Shown: positions 1 to 8,490 of the stretch, one piece after another
Numbering within the stretch: the stretch's first letter is position 1
Layout of the letters: each line of letters starts with the position of its first letter
Sequence record: PV037725.1
Length of the DNA stretch: 64,000 nucleotides
Strand: one strand, 5' to 3'
Notes under the pieces: generated by a model
Databases searched by the model: none
Told to the model about the DNA's origin: nothing
Seen by the model: the letters and a program-made list of their open reading frames with translations, nothing else
Made by a program: the position numbers and the translations under genes

Positions 1-13
1 GTTAGGAGCAAAC

Positions 14-430
14 ATGTTAGATTTGGCAAAAGTAAAACAGTGGTTGAAGGACAACGATATCCCAGATCAGTATTCCGTTAATAGCGGGATGTGTGAGGAG
101 TTTGCACAACACTTCAAGCAGTATATCCCCAACTCGGAGATGTATGGTGCAGAGGAGTTTGATGGTCCCGATACTGACCTCGCAGGGCATCTTTGGTTAT
201 ACGACGGTTCGCTGCATTATGATAGCGAATGCCTTGAGGGTGTAGCCGACTGGAAAGATCTTCCGTACTACAAGCGCCGCGTCATGTGGGAAATTCTGCG
301 TGAAGCAAATGCCGCCAACCCAACCAAACATACCGTGGTAGTGGCAAGTATGCCACGAGACTGCGATGGCTCAAGTTCGGTAATGCGTGGACACTGTGAT
401 GGTATCTACCCAATTCGTCAAGGAATCTAA
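14..430 (+). CDS. hypothetical protein with possible Cys-His-Asp (transglutaminase/papain-like) triad
   Basis: AGGAG RBS; motifs GMCEEFA, GHLW, HYD. Confidence 0.6.
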   Translation: MLDLAKVKQWLKDNDIPDQYSVNSGMCEEFAQHFKQYIPNSEMYGAEEFDGPDTDLAGHLWLYDGSLHYDSECLEGVADWKDLPYYKRRVMWEILREANAANPTKHTVVVASMPRDCDGSSSVMRGHCDGIYPIRQGI

Positions 431-432
431 TC

Positions 433-855
433 ATGAAAAAGCATAACCCCACTATCGTTTCTGTAACTGCCTCCAAAATCGACCCACGTGAAACCGATGC
501 CCGTAATCAGATCATGTGGTTGAAGACCCTGCCGGTCAATGCCGTACATAACAAAACCGCCTTCCTACAGATCCTGGGTGAAGACCAGCGGCGAGCTGTA
601 GACCGCTTGAAGACTTTGGCTGAAATGACACTGGGTGTTACAGTACCTGGTGTAACCAAAGACTTCCTGCGCGTGCGGGCCACTGAGGACGGTGTAGCTG
701 TTTCCTATATGGAGCACTTCCCTAAGGTCGAAGAGGATGAGGAGGAGCACTACAGTTCTATGTGTACCCAGAATTATCCACATGTAGTGGATGCTTTCCG
801 TTGCTTCCAAATGCGCATCGAGTCTGATCGACCGTCTCAGTCAGTACGGGTGTAA
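433..855 (+). CDS. hypothetical protein
   Basis: 140-aa ORF, AAGGA RBS, in operon. Confidence 0.7.
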   Translation: MKKHNPTIVSVTASKIDPRETDARNQIMWLKTLPVNAVHNKTAFLQILGEDQRRAVDRLKTLAEMTLGVTVPGVTKDFLRVRATEDGVAVSYMEHFPKVEEDEEEHYSSMCTQNYPHVVDAFRCFQMRIESDRPSQSVRV

Positions 856-856
856 T

Positions 857-1039
857 ATGAAAGACGTCATTCTGGTGATGTTGGTACTGATCACACTGTG
901 TGGTTGGGGTGTATGGGTATGTTCGTTGTTTACAACTAAATACGAATGGGATACCAGTAAAAAGGGTCTATGGTTATTTTTAGTTGCTGTGGGTCTTACA
1001 GCAACTACAATGACATGGTCGATTATCTACGGAGCTTAA
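857..1039 (+). CDS. small membrane protein (2 TM)
   Basis: ATG at 857 (MKDVIL); two hydrophobic segments. Confidence 0.6.
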   Translation: MKDVILVMLVLITLCGWGVWVCSLFTTKYEWDTSKKGLWLFLVAVGLTATTMTWSIIYGA

Positions 1040-1040
1040 A

Positions 1041-1268
1041 ATGATCAAGAACCCAGGAGATGGTATCTATCAATCGCGGTGTACTCATGGACCTAAGACG
1101 TTCTTTGAGCACCGCAACATCTATATCCAAGGGAATACCGTAAGGTTGGTTAACTCTGAACCTAAGGGTAGCCACATGTACAACTTCAGCTTTTGGTTTG
1201 AAGTAAATCAACTAGGTGAACGCCTGGGTGATCTTCCAGCCAACTTCGATATCCACAAGGACGCCTAA
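1041..1268 (+). CDS. hypothetical protein
   Basis: GGAG RBS; tightly packed ORF. Confidence 0.6.
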   Translation: MIKNPGDGIYQSRCTHGPKTFFEHRNIYIQGNTVRLVNSEPKGSHMYNFSFWFEVNQLGERLGDLPANFDIHKDA

Positions 1269-1726
1269 TGAGTTTCTTCCTTAAGATTAATGATGACAAG
1301 ATGGCCTTTGGTGGGATTCAGTCCATCCCTCAGGACTACGGTTTCATCTCTCAGACGCGCGGAAGAGTGTTTGTAGGTGACGATGGGGAGATCACTTCAC
1401 CAATAGGTATCTGGTCTATCGGATCGTCTGTACGGGCCAATCACGCGCTTGGTTACCTTCGACCGTTGAGTGTTATCCATGAGGATAAACTACTCTATCT
1501 TGCTGATAGTCGTGCAGATCTTCAGATCCTTGTAGCAACTGAAACTAAGTTGCATATTTACCAAGGTGGCAATCATACATGGTTACCTATTGAAGATGGG
1601 TTTCTTTACTTCGGGTTGAACGTACCGCGTGTAGACGCTGAGCAGTACATTGCCAGTATCGAGTGTGGTTGCTGCACACCAAAAGGACCTTGGTCTGTTA
1701 CTACCACCTACATCGAGCGTTACTGA
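1268..1726 (+). CDS. hypothetical protein
   Basis: TAATG stop/start overlap; 152 aa. Confidence 0.7.
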   Translation: MSFFLKINDDKMAFGGIQSIPQDYGFISQTRGRVFVGDDGEITSPIGIWSIGSSVRANHALGYLRPLSVIHEDKLLYLADSRADLQILVATETKLHIYQGGNHTWLPIEDGFLYFGLNVPRVDAEQYIASIECGCCTPKGPWSVTTTYIERY

Positions 1727-1733
1727 GGTGACT

Positions 1734-1910
1734 ATGCATCCACTTGTGATACTGTTCTGGGGTATTTGTATAGCTTGTTGGTTGACATGGTTAGGGTTAG
1801 CGTTTAAGTCTAACCTTCAAGGTAATGTACGTCGTGATGTACTATTGGCAGCCTTATGTTCAACAGGTGTGGCTACGTATGTTACATTAATCAGTCGACT
1901 ACCAACTTAA
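1734..1910 (+). CDS. small membrane protein (2 TM)
   Basis: GAGGTG RBS, ATG at 1734; hydrophobic. Confidence 0.6.
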   Translation: MHPLVILFWGICIACWLTWLGLAFKSNLQGNVRRDVLLAALCSTGVATYVTLISRLPT

Positions 1911-1986
1911 TTCTACTGGGTAGGTAGATCTAATGAGGGAGGGATGCTTTCCCTTCTTTATTCTTCTTTAATTAGGAATAGGACTA

Positions 1987-2217
1987 ATGCAACTACCACC
2001 AGACCAGACATTCTTTGATGTCGACAGGAGTGGGTACTGTTATCTACTGAGAGTGAAGTTCACCTTTAACAAGAAAGGAGAACTCGTAGAGACAATCATG
2101 CAGGTAACCCATCTGGGTAAACTTACCAAAAGAGAATACCTACTCAACTACGTAGGTTATGTAGTATGGCATCGTTGCTTCGAATCACAAGACATCAATA
2201 AACTAGGAACCGTATAA
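1987..2217 (+). CDS. hypothetical protein
   Basis: AAGGA RBS; 76 aa. Confidence 0.55.
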   Translation: MQLPPDQTFFDVDRSGYCYLLRVKFTFNKKGELVETIMQVTHLGKLTKREYLLNYVGYVVWHRCFESQDINKLGTV

Positions 2218-3122
2218 TGCTATCGTTCAAGACCTCTAAACGTCATAACACCGTCGAAGTAGCTATCGTCTATAAGAACATTAACGATCGTCATGCTTTC
2301 GAAGCTGAACTGAACCTTGTTCAAGAACTGAGTGTGCTTATGTCCACCAGTCGACGCATTCACAAATGGGCTGATGATCCAATCGTTCGACCTAATGTTT
2401 ATCTGGCCAATCCAGATAACTACTTCTCCAACATCATTCTGAAGTTCCCTATTCGCACTCGTGAAGAAGCCGAAGGCGATGTGTGGTGCTACAGCTATGC
2501 CGGTCTGCATGCGGTACTGTCTGAGATTGCAGCCATCTGCAAAAAGCATCGCAGTAACTTTGTCGAGTTCTCAGCTAAGCTGAACCTCGAGGCGATGAAG
2601 GCTCCGTGGGTACTGCCAGTTCATGGTAAAGGCGTCATCCTGCGTGAAGGTGCCCGCCAACTGAACTATCACGATATTCACTTACCACGTGTCGCTGTTA
2701 TTGGTGCATGTGAAGCCGAAGTTGTTCAACTGCTGGTATTGGGTGAAGATCGAGCAGTCAGTGACTTTAACAAGGTGTGGTGTCGCATGGCTGACTTCCA
2801 TCATACTTGGTTGACTAAGCAACACCCGTCACATCCTTACTTGGGTCGTGGTCCTAAATTGGATGTTTGTGAGTTGAAAAAGACCCACCCTAAGTTGAAC
2901 TGGCAGAACCTTGGGGTGTTTGCTTACCTGAAAGACATTGCTGGCAATTACCACTGGGAACAGTTGGGTGATATGCACAATGCCAAGTCGGTGGAGTACA
3001 TCCTTGATGTAGGTAATCACATGTTGAATACACCGATGCCTTTCGATAACACCAAACCGCTGACTGGTAACAATGTGTTCTTGAATGACCACTCTTACTA
3101 CAGTTTCGAATCGGCGATTTAA
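2217..3122 (+). CDS. hypothetical protein (distant paralogue of 3197..4087)
   Basis: 301-aa ORF, TAATG overlap; shared V-x-x-x-V-x-GE..A...RM segment. Confidence 0.75.
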   Translation: MLSFKTSKRHNTVEVAIVYKNINDRHAFEAELNLVQELSVLMSTSRRIHKWADDPIVRPNVYLANPDNYFSNIILKFPIRTREEAEGDVWCYSYAGLHAVLSEIAAICKKHRSNFVEFSAKLNLEAMKAPWVLPVHGKGVILREGARQLNYHDIHLPRVAVIGACEAEVVQLLVLGEDRAVSDFNKVWCRMADFHHTWLTKQHPSHPYLGRGPKLDVCELKKTHPKLNWQNLGVFAYLKDIAGNYHWEQLGDMHNAKSVEYILDVGNHMLNTPMPFDNTKPLTGNNVFLNDHSYYSFESAI

Positions 3123-3131
3123 GGCATAACT

Positions 3132-3155
3132 GGGGTTGTTAATACAACCCCTTTT
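3132..3155 (+). terminator. intrinsic terminator
   Basis: GGGGTTGT-TAAT-ACAACCCC followed by TTTT. Confidence 0.65.
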
Positions 3156-3160
3156 AAAGA

Positions 3161-3168
3161 TATATCAC
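3161..3168 (+). promoter_or_regulatory. early-type phage promoter variant (TATATCAC)
   Basis: TTTTAAAGATATATCAC matches the TTTAAAG.NTATATTAC context of the other early promoters. Confidence 0.5.
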
Positions 3169-3196
3169 ACTAAAGAATAACCACAGGAGCTGCACC

Positions 3197-4087
3197 ATGT
3201 CCAAGAACAAAACGTTTCACCACGTCTACCTGACCTTTGAAAACGATGAGCACCCACTCGTCGCAGAATGGTTTGCGAGCAAGGTCAATGACGCCTTTAA
3301 GCATGCTCGGGCTGGGTTGGCCGCTGGTGGTCTACGCAACCATACATTCGATATTGAAACCTTCGGCGCCAACACGATGTTGAAGTTGAGCTTCGTCACA
3401 AACTTCCTCGGTGACCAGCAGCTCTATACCTCGTTCATGGGTCACGTATTGAAGTTGATTGAATTCGCGTCTAAGTACGTTGAAATCAAAATGCACTTCG
3501 AATCGTCAGACACTCGACGTAACCGATTCATGTTGACTCATGACTTGGGTTTGCTGATCAACGGCGAAGCTCCAATCGAACTGCGTGGTGTCGGGAAGTC
3601 GGCCAAACTGTTGGATGCGTCGATCGTGGATATGTGGGTTGCTGGTGAACCCAATGCATGTCGTAAAGAAGTCGGTCGTATTCGTCGAATGATTCGCGAA
3701 GAGAACAACCATATCCGCGGGTTGGAATGGTTCGTTGAGAAGGTTCGCGTTTATATGCCAAAGGACGTTGCATTGTTTATCCGCACAGTGGATCAACCAT
3801 GTGGTCAAGCGGTATACGCTGATCGGACCTATTCGGTCAGTAGCTATAGTGACGAGCAACATGTCGTTTACCTCGATGCTGTAAAGGCAGGTAAGGTACC
3901 TGACGTATTCAACCTGCTACCGTCTAAAGACTGGAACTTCGATTTCATCGCGTTCATGGTTACCATGCTCGAAATCATCGATAACCGTCGTGAGGTGTTC
4001 AAGACTTATGGTGGTGCCGAAGTCGTTCCATATGAATTCATTCGGACTACGCTCGAAGATATCATCGATCGTGAAGCTATGGCATAA
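3197..4087 (+). CDS. hypothetical protein
   Basis: AGGAG RBS; 296 aa. Confidence 0.75.
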   Translation: MSKNKTFHHVYLTFENDEHPLVAEWFASKVNDAFKHARAGLAAGGLRNHTFDIETFGANTMLKLSFVTNFLGDQQLYTSFMGHVLKLIEFASKYVEIKMHFESSDTRRNRFMLTHDLGLLINGEAPIELRGVGKSAKLLDASIVDMWVAGEPNACRKEVGRIRRMIREENNHIRGLEWFVEKVRVYMPKDVALFIRTVDQPCGQAVYADRTYSVSSYSDEQHVVYLDAVKAGKVPDVFNLLPSKDWNFDFIAFMVTMLEIIDNRREVFKTYGGAEVVPYEFIRTTLEDIIDREAMA

Positions 4088-4124
4088 TAACAAAGAACAA
4101 TTTTGATTAAAGGACTTCCAGGCA

Positions 4125-4793
4125 ATGTATCAAGAATTAACGAATAATCACATCTTCATGCGTAAACTGTTGCTGCGTTATATGGCAGATTACACTAACT
4201 GCACGTCGGCACCGCCGACTGTGAAGTCTGGGTTCTTTGCTATCCACATGACTGATACTAATCAGGTGTGGTTGGGGGAAACGCAAAACTTTGCTGATGT
4301 GATTCGTCGGTTTCGTGCAAAGGGGTCTTTCGCGGATTGTGTTGAACAAGCCCGCGAACGAGGAGCTGGGCTGGAACTATGGTTGTTGACTCAACCACAA
4401 CGGTTCTCGGCCCAAAAGCTGGAAGATGAACTCTGGAAACTTGACCGTTTGGCCGAGCGTAAAGAGCGTGATCTGTCTGGTCCGGGTAAACTGTACTGTG
4501 TACGTCATGACGCGTCTCATGATTACTTTATCGTGTCAGAACGGACTGGCTCACCACCGAGTACTTTGCTCGGTAACTTCATGATTCGTCTGACTAACAT
4601 GCGTGGCACTACCCGCAACCAGATGCTCGACAAGTTCATTAATGAACAAGCTGAGGACATCCTGCGTGGACGTGGTTTCACCATTGCTGAGATCGACTCT
4701 TTTGATGATCGTGAAGACGAATGGTTGAAGCGTCAATGCTACATCGATAACTGCAAATACGGTCGCAACCTCAATTGGAACAACGTGGACTAA
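4125..4793 (+). CDS. degenerate tandem GIY-YIG-like protein
   Basis: KSGFFAIHMTDTNQVWLGETQNF resembles the GIY-YIG N-terminus; second GKLYCVRH repeat; ends in RNLN. Confidence 0.45.
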   Translation: MYQELTNNHIFMRKLLLRYMADYTNCTSAPPTVKSGFFAIHMTDTNQVWLGETQNFADVIRRFRAKGSFADCVEQARERGAGLELWLLTQPQRFSAQKLEDELWKLDRLAERKERDLSGPGKLYCVRHDASHDYFIVSERTGSPPSTLLGNFMIRLTNMRGTTRNQMLDKFINEQAEDILRGRGFTIAEIDSFDDREDEWLKRQCYIDNCKYGRNLNWNNVD

Positions 4794-4822
4794 TCCACCA
4801 ACTTTAATCTAGGAATACTACA

Positions 4823-5494
4823 ATGACTTCTAAAATCGTTAGCTTCCCTATCGTAGGGATGACCATGGTAATCAACCGTCTGACCGACTACACGGTTCAG
4901 CACTATTCTGGTTTGGCCGATGTTCCCCATTTGTGTGTGAAGGTACGTCACCACAATGGCTTTGCGTGGTTCGGTATCAGTATCATCGCCACTCAATGGG
5001 GTCGCCCACAGCAATGGAACGCCGCGACTGTGCGTGAAGTCAAGACTCAGTTCCTTGAGGCTATGGCACAGATCATCGATCTGGCTGAGATGGATTCCGA
5101 TGTGGATCTGTTGATGCGCAGTGTGCAAGATATCTGCTCGGCACGTAAGCGTCCTGTGATGTTCGGTGCAGGTAGCAACGAGTTTATCCAGATCAGTTCG
5201 ACCAACAACATGCAAATCGAACTGTATCGTGATGAGGTCAAGCCTGAGTCAGCTACTTACGGTGGTTACTTCCTGACTATCGAGTATGACGGTCAGACGT
5301 TCCCAGCCATGGTTTACCATCGCGGTATCATTGCTTACAACTACATCACCAAGGAAGCTGCTCTGGAACTGGTTCGTGCTGAACTGCTGATCAAGTTTCC
5401 AGAGTTCTTCCGTGACGTGGAGAAGTTGACGATCGCATACGACGAAATCATGCAGATCCCTCGTAACCGTAACAAGTGGGCTAAAGTGCGATGA
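4823..5494 (+). CDS. hypothetical protein
   Basis: 223-aa ORF with AGGA RBS. Confidence 0.75.
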   Translation: MTSKIVSFPIVGMTMVINRLTDYTVQHYSGLADVPHLCVKVRHHNGFAWFGISIIATQWGRPQQWNAATVREVKTQFLEAMAQIIDLAEMDSDVDLLMRSVQDICSARKRPVMFGAGSNEFIQISSTNNMQIELYRDEVKPESATYGGYFLTIEYDGQTFPAMVYHRGIIAYNYITKEAALELVRAELLIKFPEFFRDVEKLTIAYDEIMQIPRNRNKWAKVR

Positions 5495-5868
5495 AATCTC
5501 AGACGCTGGTAATCGACACTGTTCGTAACTGGCTTCCGAATTCACGTAGTCCTGAATGGGAGAAGCATTCCCTGGAAGGCTTTGATGTCATCACAGTTCT
5601 CTCTGACCCCGAATACCCTGGAATGGAAAAGATCCAGGGTAAGGTGATCTGGAATGAACTGGGTAAGATCGATGACGTGGACAATGCAGGGCGTAACCAA
5701 TTGATTAACACGGTCGCTCGTAAGTTTGCCAAAGCCACAGGTACTAAGTTCACTGGGGTCAAACACATCGACCAAATGACTTACCTTGATTTTAAAGGTG
5801 AGACTATCAATAACGTTGAAGGATTCGACTGGCTTGATATTGAGCTGGAAGTTGAAATCTTCGTTTAG
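5491..5868 (+). CDS. hypothetical protein
   Basis: ATGA overlap; 125 aa. Confidence 0.7.
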   Translation: MKSQTLVIDTVRNWLPNSRSPEWEKHSLEGFDVITVLSDPEYPGMEKIQGKVIWNELGKIDDVDNAGRNQLINTVARKFAKATGTKFTGVKHIDQMTYLDFKGETINNVEGFDWLDIELEVEIFV

Positions 5869-5878
5869 GAGTTACGGC

Positions 5879-6127
5879 ATGAAACTGATTAAAGCGCTCT
5901 TCATCTGTATAAATGGCCTATTGACCTTTCTGATCTTTGGTTCGATGTGGTTAACCCTGACGGCAGCGACCAACATGTATCGCGCTGGTGTTTGCTTCTC
6001 ATACCAGTGCACGCCTACGTTTGGTGGTACGGTTATGATGTTGATCGCAACTGGTGTTGTGTTTGCCATGCAGATCGGTGGTATCTGTTTGCTGGTTAGC
6101 AACATCAAGAAGATCTACAAGCATTAA
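5879..6127 (+). CDS. membrane protein (2 TM)
   Basis: AGGAG RBS, ATG at 5879; two hydrophobic helices. Confidence 0.7.
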   Translation: MKLIKALFICINGLLTFLIFGSMWLTLTAATNMYRAGVCFSYQCTPTFGGTVMMLIATGVVFAMQIGGICLLVSNIKKIYKH

Positions 6128-6144
6128 CGTAAAAGAATACGCGT

Positions 6145-6160
6145 TGTGCAATAGTATAGG
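6145..6160 (+). promoter_or_regulatory. putative late-type promoter
   Basis: TGTGCAATAGTATAGG resembles TGTGTAATACTATGTA upstream of the tRNA units. Confidence 0.45.
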
Positions 6161-6605
6161 ACACACGTGTTCTCCCATGATCGTTCGTCTTCTCTGACAC
6201 CCCACCCAATGATCATGGGCTCCCTATTCAGGATCATTGCTCAGGCAGTGAACCTAAAAGAACAGGGGTTCGCAGGGGCTATCTCTCTAACCAGGGTCCC
6301 CGTCACCATAAGCAGTAGGTTAGATGCCCTGCTCGAACCCCGCCTAAGCATAATGAACTTTCGGTATAGTGAAGCGTTCCCCCTTATTGACGGGAACGGC
6401 AAACCCATTAGGGTAGTAGGGGTCAACCAAGCCTCTGAACCGAAGCGCTGTGCCTCTGACTGGTACTCATTGGGATGGCGAAGTTATTGACGAAATACGG
6501 TGACTCCAGATCGAGCGCCCTATTAGAAGATAGCGACTGACAAAGTGATACCTCCTGAACTACGGGTGGTTGAGCTGGCCAGCACACAGTTGTCAGATTA
6601 AACCC
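6158..6605 (+). ncRNA. candidate large structured ncRNA A (~450 nt)
   Basis: No credible ORF; many perfect helices (6174-82/6211-19, 6265-72/6334-41, 6375-81/6392-98, 6537-43/6590-96) and loop-to-distal complementarities; flanked by promoter-like motif and terminator. Confidence 0.65.
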
Positions 6606-6607
6606 CA

Positions 6608-6638
6608 AGTCCCCTGCCGATGGCGGGGGGCTTTATTT
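6608..6638 (+). terminator. intrinsic terminator
   Basis: AGTCCCCTGCC-GAT-GGCGGGGGGCT followed by TTATTT. Confidence 0.7.
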
Positions 6639-6655
6639 CGTCTCAAGGAGTTTGT

Positions 6656-7102
6656 ATGAAAGTAATTAAAGAAGGTTCAGTGTATCTGGTTCATTCCGCG
6701 AGTGAGGTAGTAGCTGCCTGTCGTGCGTCTGTGCCGAGTCACGCATTGGATTATACCAATGACCAAATGTTCATGGAAGAAGCCGTATACGGTGACAAGG
6801 AGCTTCCTAAGACGTATCCGTACGTATTGGTCTGTAACTTTATCGACGATTCATGCTTTGCGCATATCGATGTCTACGGTATCTCCGCCGAACACTTCGA
6901 GAACCGTGGTGAAGGGGCTAAGGAACATTTGTTCCATTTCAATATTCGTCGAACTCAAAGCGCCTCACCTTATGCCGTCAGAGATTCCGCCTACCAAATG
7001 CCTGGTCGTGATATCCTCGAAGCCACGCTTAAAGTAGGTCAAACCTTCCATCGTGATGAAGAGTACGATCTGGAAATCCTCAACTGGAAACTGGTGCACT
7101 AA
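6656..7102 (+). CDS. hypothetical protein
   Basis: AAGGAG RBS, ATG at 6656; PKTYPY motif shared with next gene. Confidence 0.75.
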   Translation: MKVIKEGSVYLVHSASEVVAACRASVPSHALDYTNDQMFMEEAVYGDKELPKTYPYVLVCNFIDDSCFAHIDVYGISAEHFENRGEGAKEHLFHFNIRRTQSASPYAVRDSAYQMPGRDILEATLKVGQTFHRDEEYDLEILNWKLVH

Positions 7103-7103
7103 C

Positions 7104-7604
7104 ATGAAACGTCTTCCACAGTACAACGGCGGCATGCGGTCTAACATTTACAAATACCTCATCGAAAATGATGTTGAATTAAAGCTAGCTGTCGAAGAAG
7201 CCTGCATCGATATCGGTATGACGGTTACGGACCATGGGTATGGATTGGATGATGTACCTACAGACTATCCATACATCGCTCTGATCCACCCGGATGGAGA
7301 ATACAATCGAATAGACTACGCCTTTGTGGCAATGTCTGACTTCACTGAAAATAGCGAAGCTGGTAAATTGACTACCCTACTGGCATCGCTTTACAACGAT
7401 GACACCATGGCCCCGTGGATCGAGCGTCTTCATGATGCGCAACGTTCACGTGAACGCGAGGTAACATTCAGAGATCTGGACGATGGAAGTAATCCGGATA
7501 ATCAATATGCCGTCAACGATCATCAGATCCAGTATATCCGGGATAAAGGCTATAAGGTTCAATGGGAGAAGTACCCACGGTCTTACATAGTCTCGGGCTG
7601 GTAA
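7104..7604 (+). CDS. hypothetical protein
   Basis: ATG at 7104; PTDYPY motif. Confidence 0.7.
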   Translation: MKRLPQYNGGMRSNIYKYLIENDVELKLAVEEACIDIGMTVTDHGYGLDDVPTDYPYIALIHPDGEYNRIDYAFVAMSDFTENSEAGKLTTLLASLYNDDTMAPWIERLHDAQRSREREVTFRDLDDGSNPDNQYAVNDHQIQYIRDKGYKVQWEKYPRSYIVSGW

Positions 7605-7623
7605 ATTAATCAAAGGAGTATGC

Positions 7624-8322
7624 ATGACCATTTTTATTTGTGACGGTGAACACCTGTTAATGGATAAAGTCACCTTGCTTGAATATAAGCCTGGTGACTA
7701 TAACCTCAAGGCTCCCCCGAAAGGGGAGTTAGGTGGGCACTATGAGAACAAATCCAAGCTGACGCTGTTGGACCCTGAAAAGAGCGCTATGTCTTGGGGC
7801 GTGGGTATCAAGTTGTTTACCGGTGTGGGTACGATCGACCCTACGTGGGATAAGATCATGTACACCACTGGCGTCGACCTTCAGCATATTTTCACTGCCG
7901 ATATTTATTGGAAGTTCCTGAATCGAGATATGCGTTTAATCTGGCTAGATGCCGAGGATACCCTAAACCAGATTTACTTCGATGATACTGCACAGGTAAT
8001 GCGTGCCACTGAAGCTAAACAGGCCAAATATAAAGCAGGTCATCTGACCATCGAGGGTTATAACGCTGATGAGATTGTCGCATTCCAGCAAACGAACAAC
8101 GTTAAGTTGACGGCATTGGAAGCGATGGTATTCTCACAAACCCTTACCAATCGATTGGGGCGTCGTTTCGACTACTACCATATCCCTACTGGGAAGATCA
8201 AGTATGACTGCGACCTCAGTGATCGGCAGCGTGACATGATCATGGACAAAATCGAAGGGCGCATGAAGTTGGCTCGGCGTTATGAGTCGGTGTACTTACT
8301 GAATACCGCCGACGGAAAATAA
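7624..8322 (+). CDS. Ntn-hydrolase/HslV-like protein (divergent)
   Basis: AAGGAG RBS; begins M-T-I-F-I-C-D-G-x-x-L-x-x-D, like T-I-x-x-DG-x-x-LAAD Ntn proteins. Confidence 0.4.
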   Translation: MTIFICDGEHLLMDKVTLLEYKPGDYNLKAPPKGELGGHYENKSKLTLLDPEKSAMSWGVGIKLFTGVGTIDPTWDKIMYTTGVDLQHIFTADIYWKFLNRDMRLIWLDAEDTLNQIYFDDTAQVMRATEAKQAKYKAGHLTIEGYNADEIVAFQQTNNVKLTALEAMVFSQTLTNRLGRRFDYYHIPTGKIKYDCDLSDRQRDMIMDKIEGRMKLARRYESVYLLNTADGK

Positions 8323-8341
8323 ATAACTAAAGGAGTAGCTC

Positions 8342-8482
8342 ATGAAAGACATCGTTGGAGATCGACTCAAGAAACAGATTCAATCGCGACGCCGTGATCG
8401 CATGCATTATTTTCTGCTTTATGGCTTTCTTGCCATAAACGCAATTTACATCAGTAGCCAACTTATCAAGCATTTTATCTAA
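8342..8482 (+). CDS. small single-TM protein (46 aa, not in ORF track)
   Basis: AAGGAG RBS; MKDIVGDRLKKQIQSRRRDRMHYFLLYGFLAINAIYISSQLIKHFI. Confidence 0.6.
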   Translation: MKDIVGDRLKKQIQSRRRDRMHYFLLYGFLAINAIYISSQLIKHFI

Positions 8483-8490
8483 GGACGAAC

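Noticed and set aside
6399-6417. GCA AAC resume-codon-like tmRNA tag (ANPLG-stop) in ncRNA A
   Set aside because: No tRNA-like domain, T-loop or CCA end, and the tag is too short.
6167-6490. 107-aa ORF inside ncRNA A
   Set aside because: No RBS, non-phage codon usage, and it starts inside a hairpin; the region is better explained as structured RNA. Conservation would overturn this.
6495-6513. Shared ATACGGTGA..AGATCG words between ncRNA A and ncRNA C
   Set aside because: Short match in different predicted pairing contexts; not enough to call the RNAs homologous.
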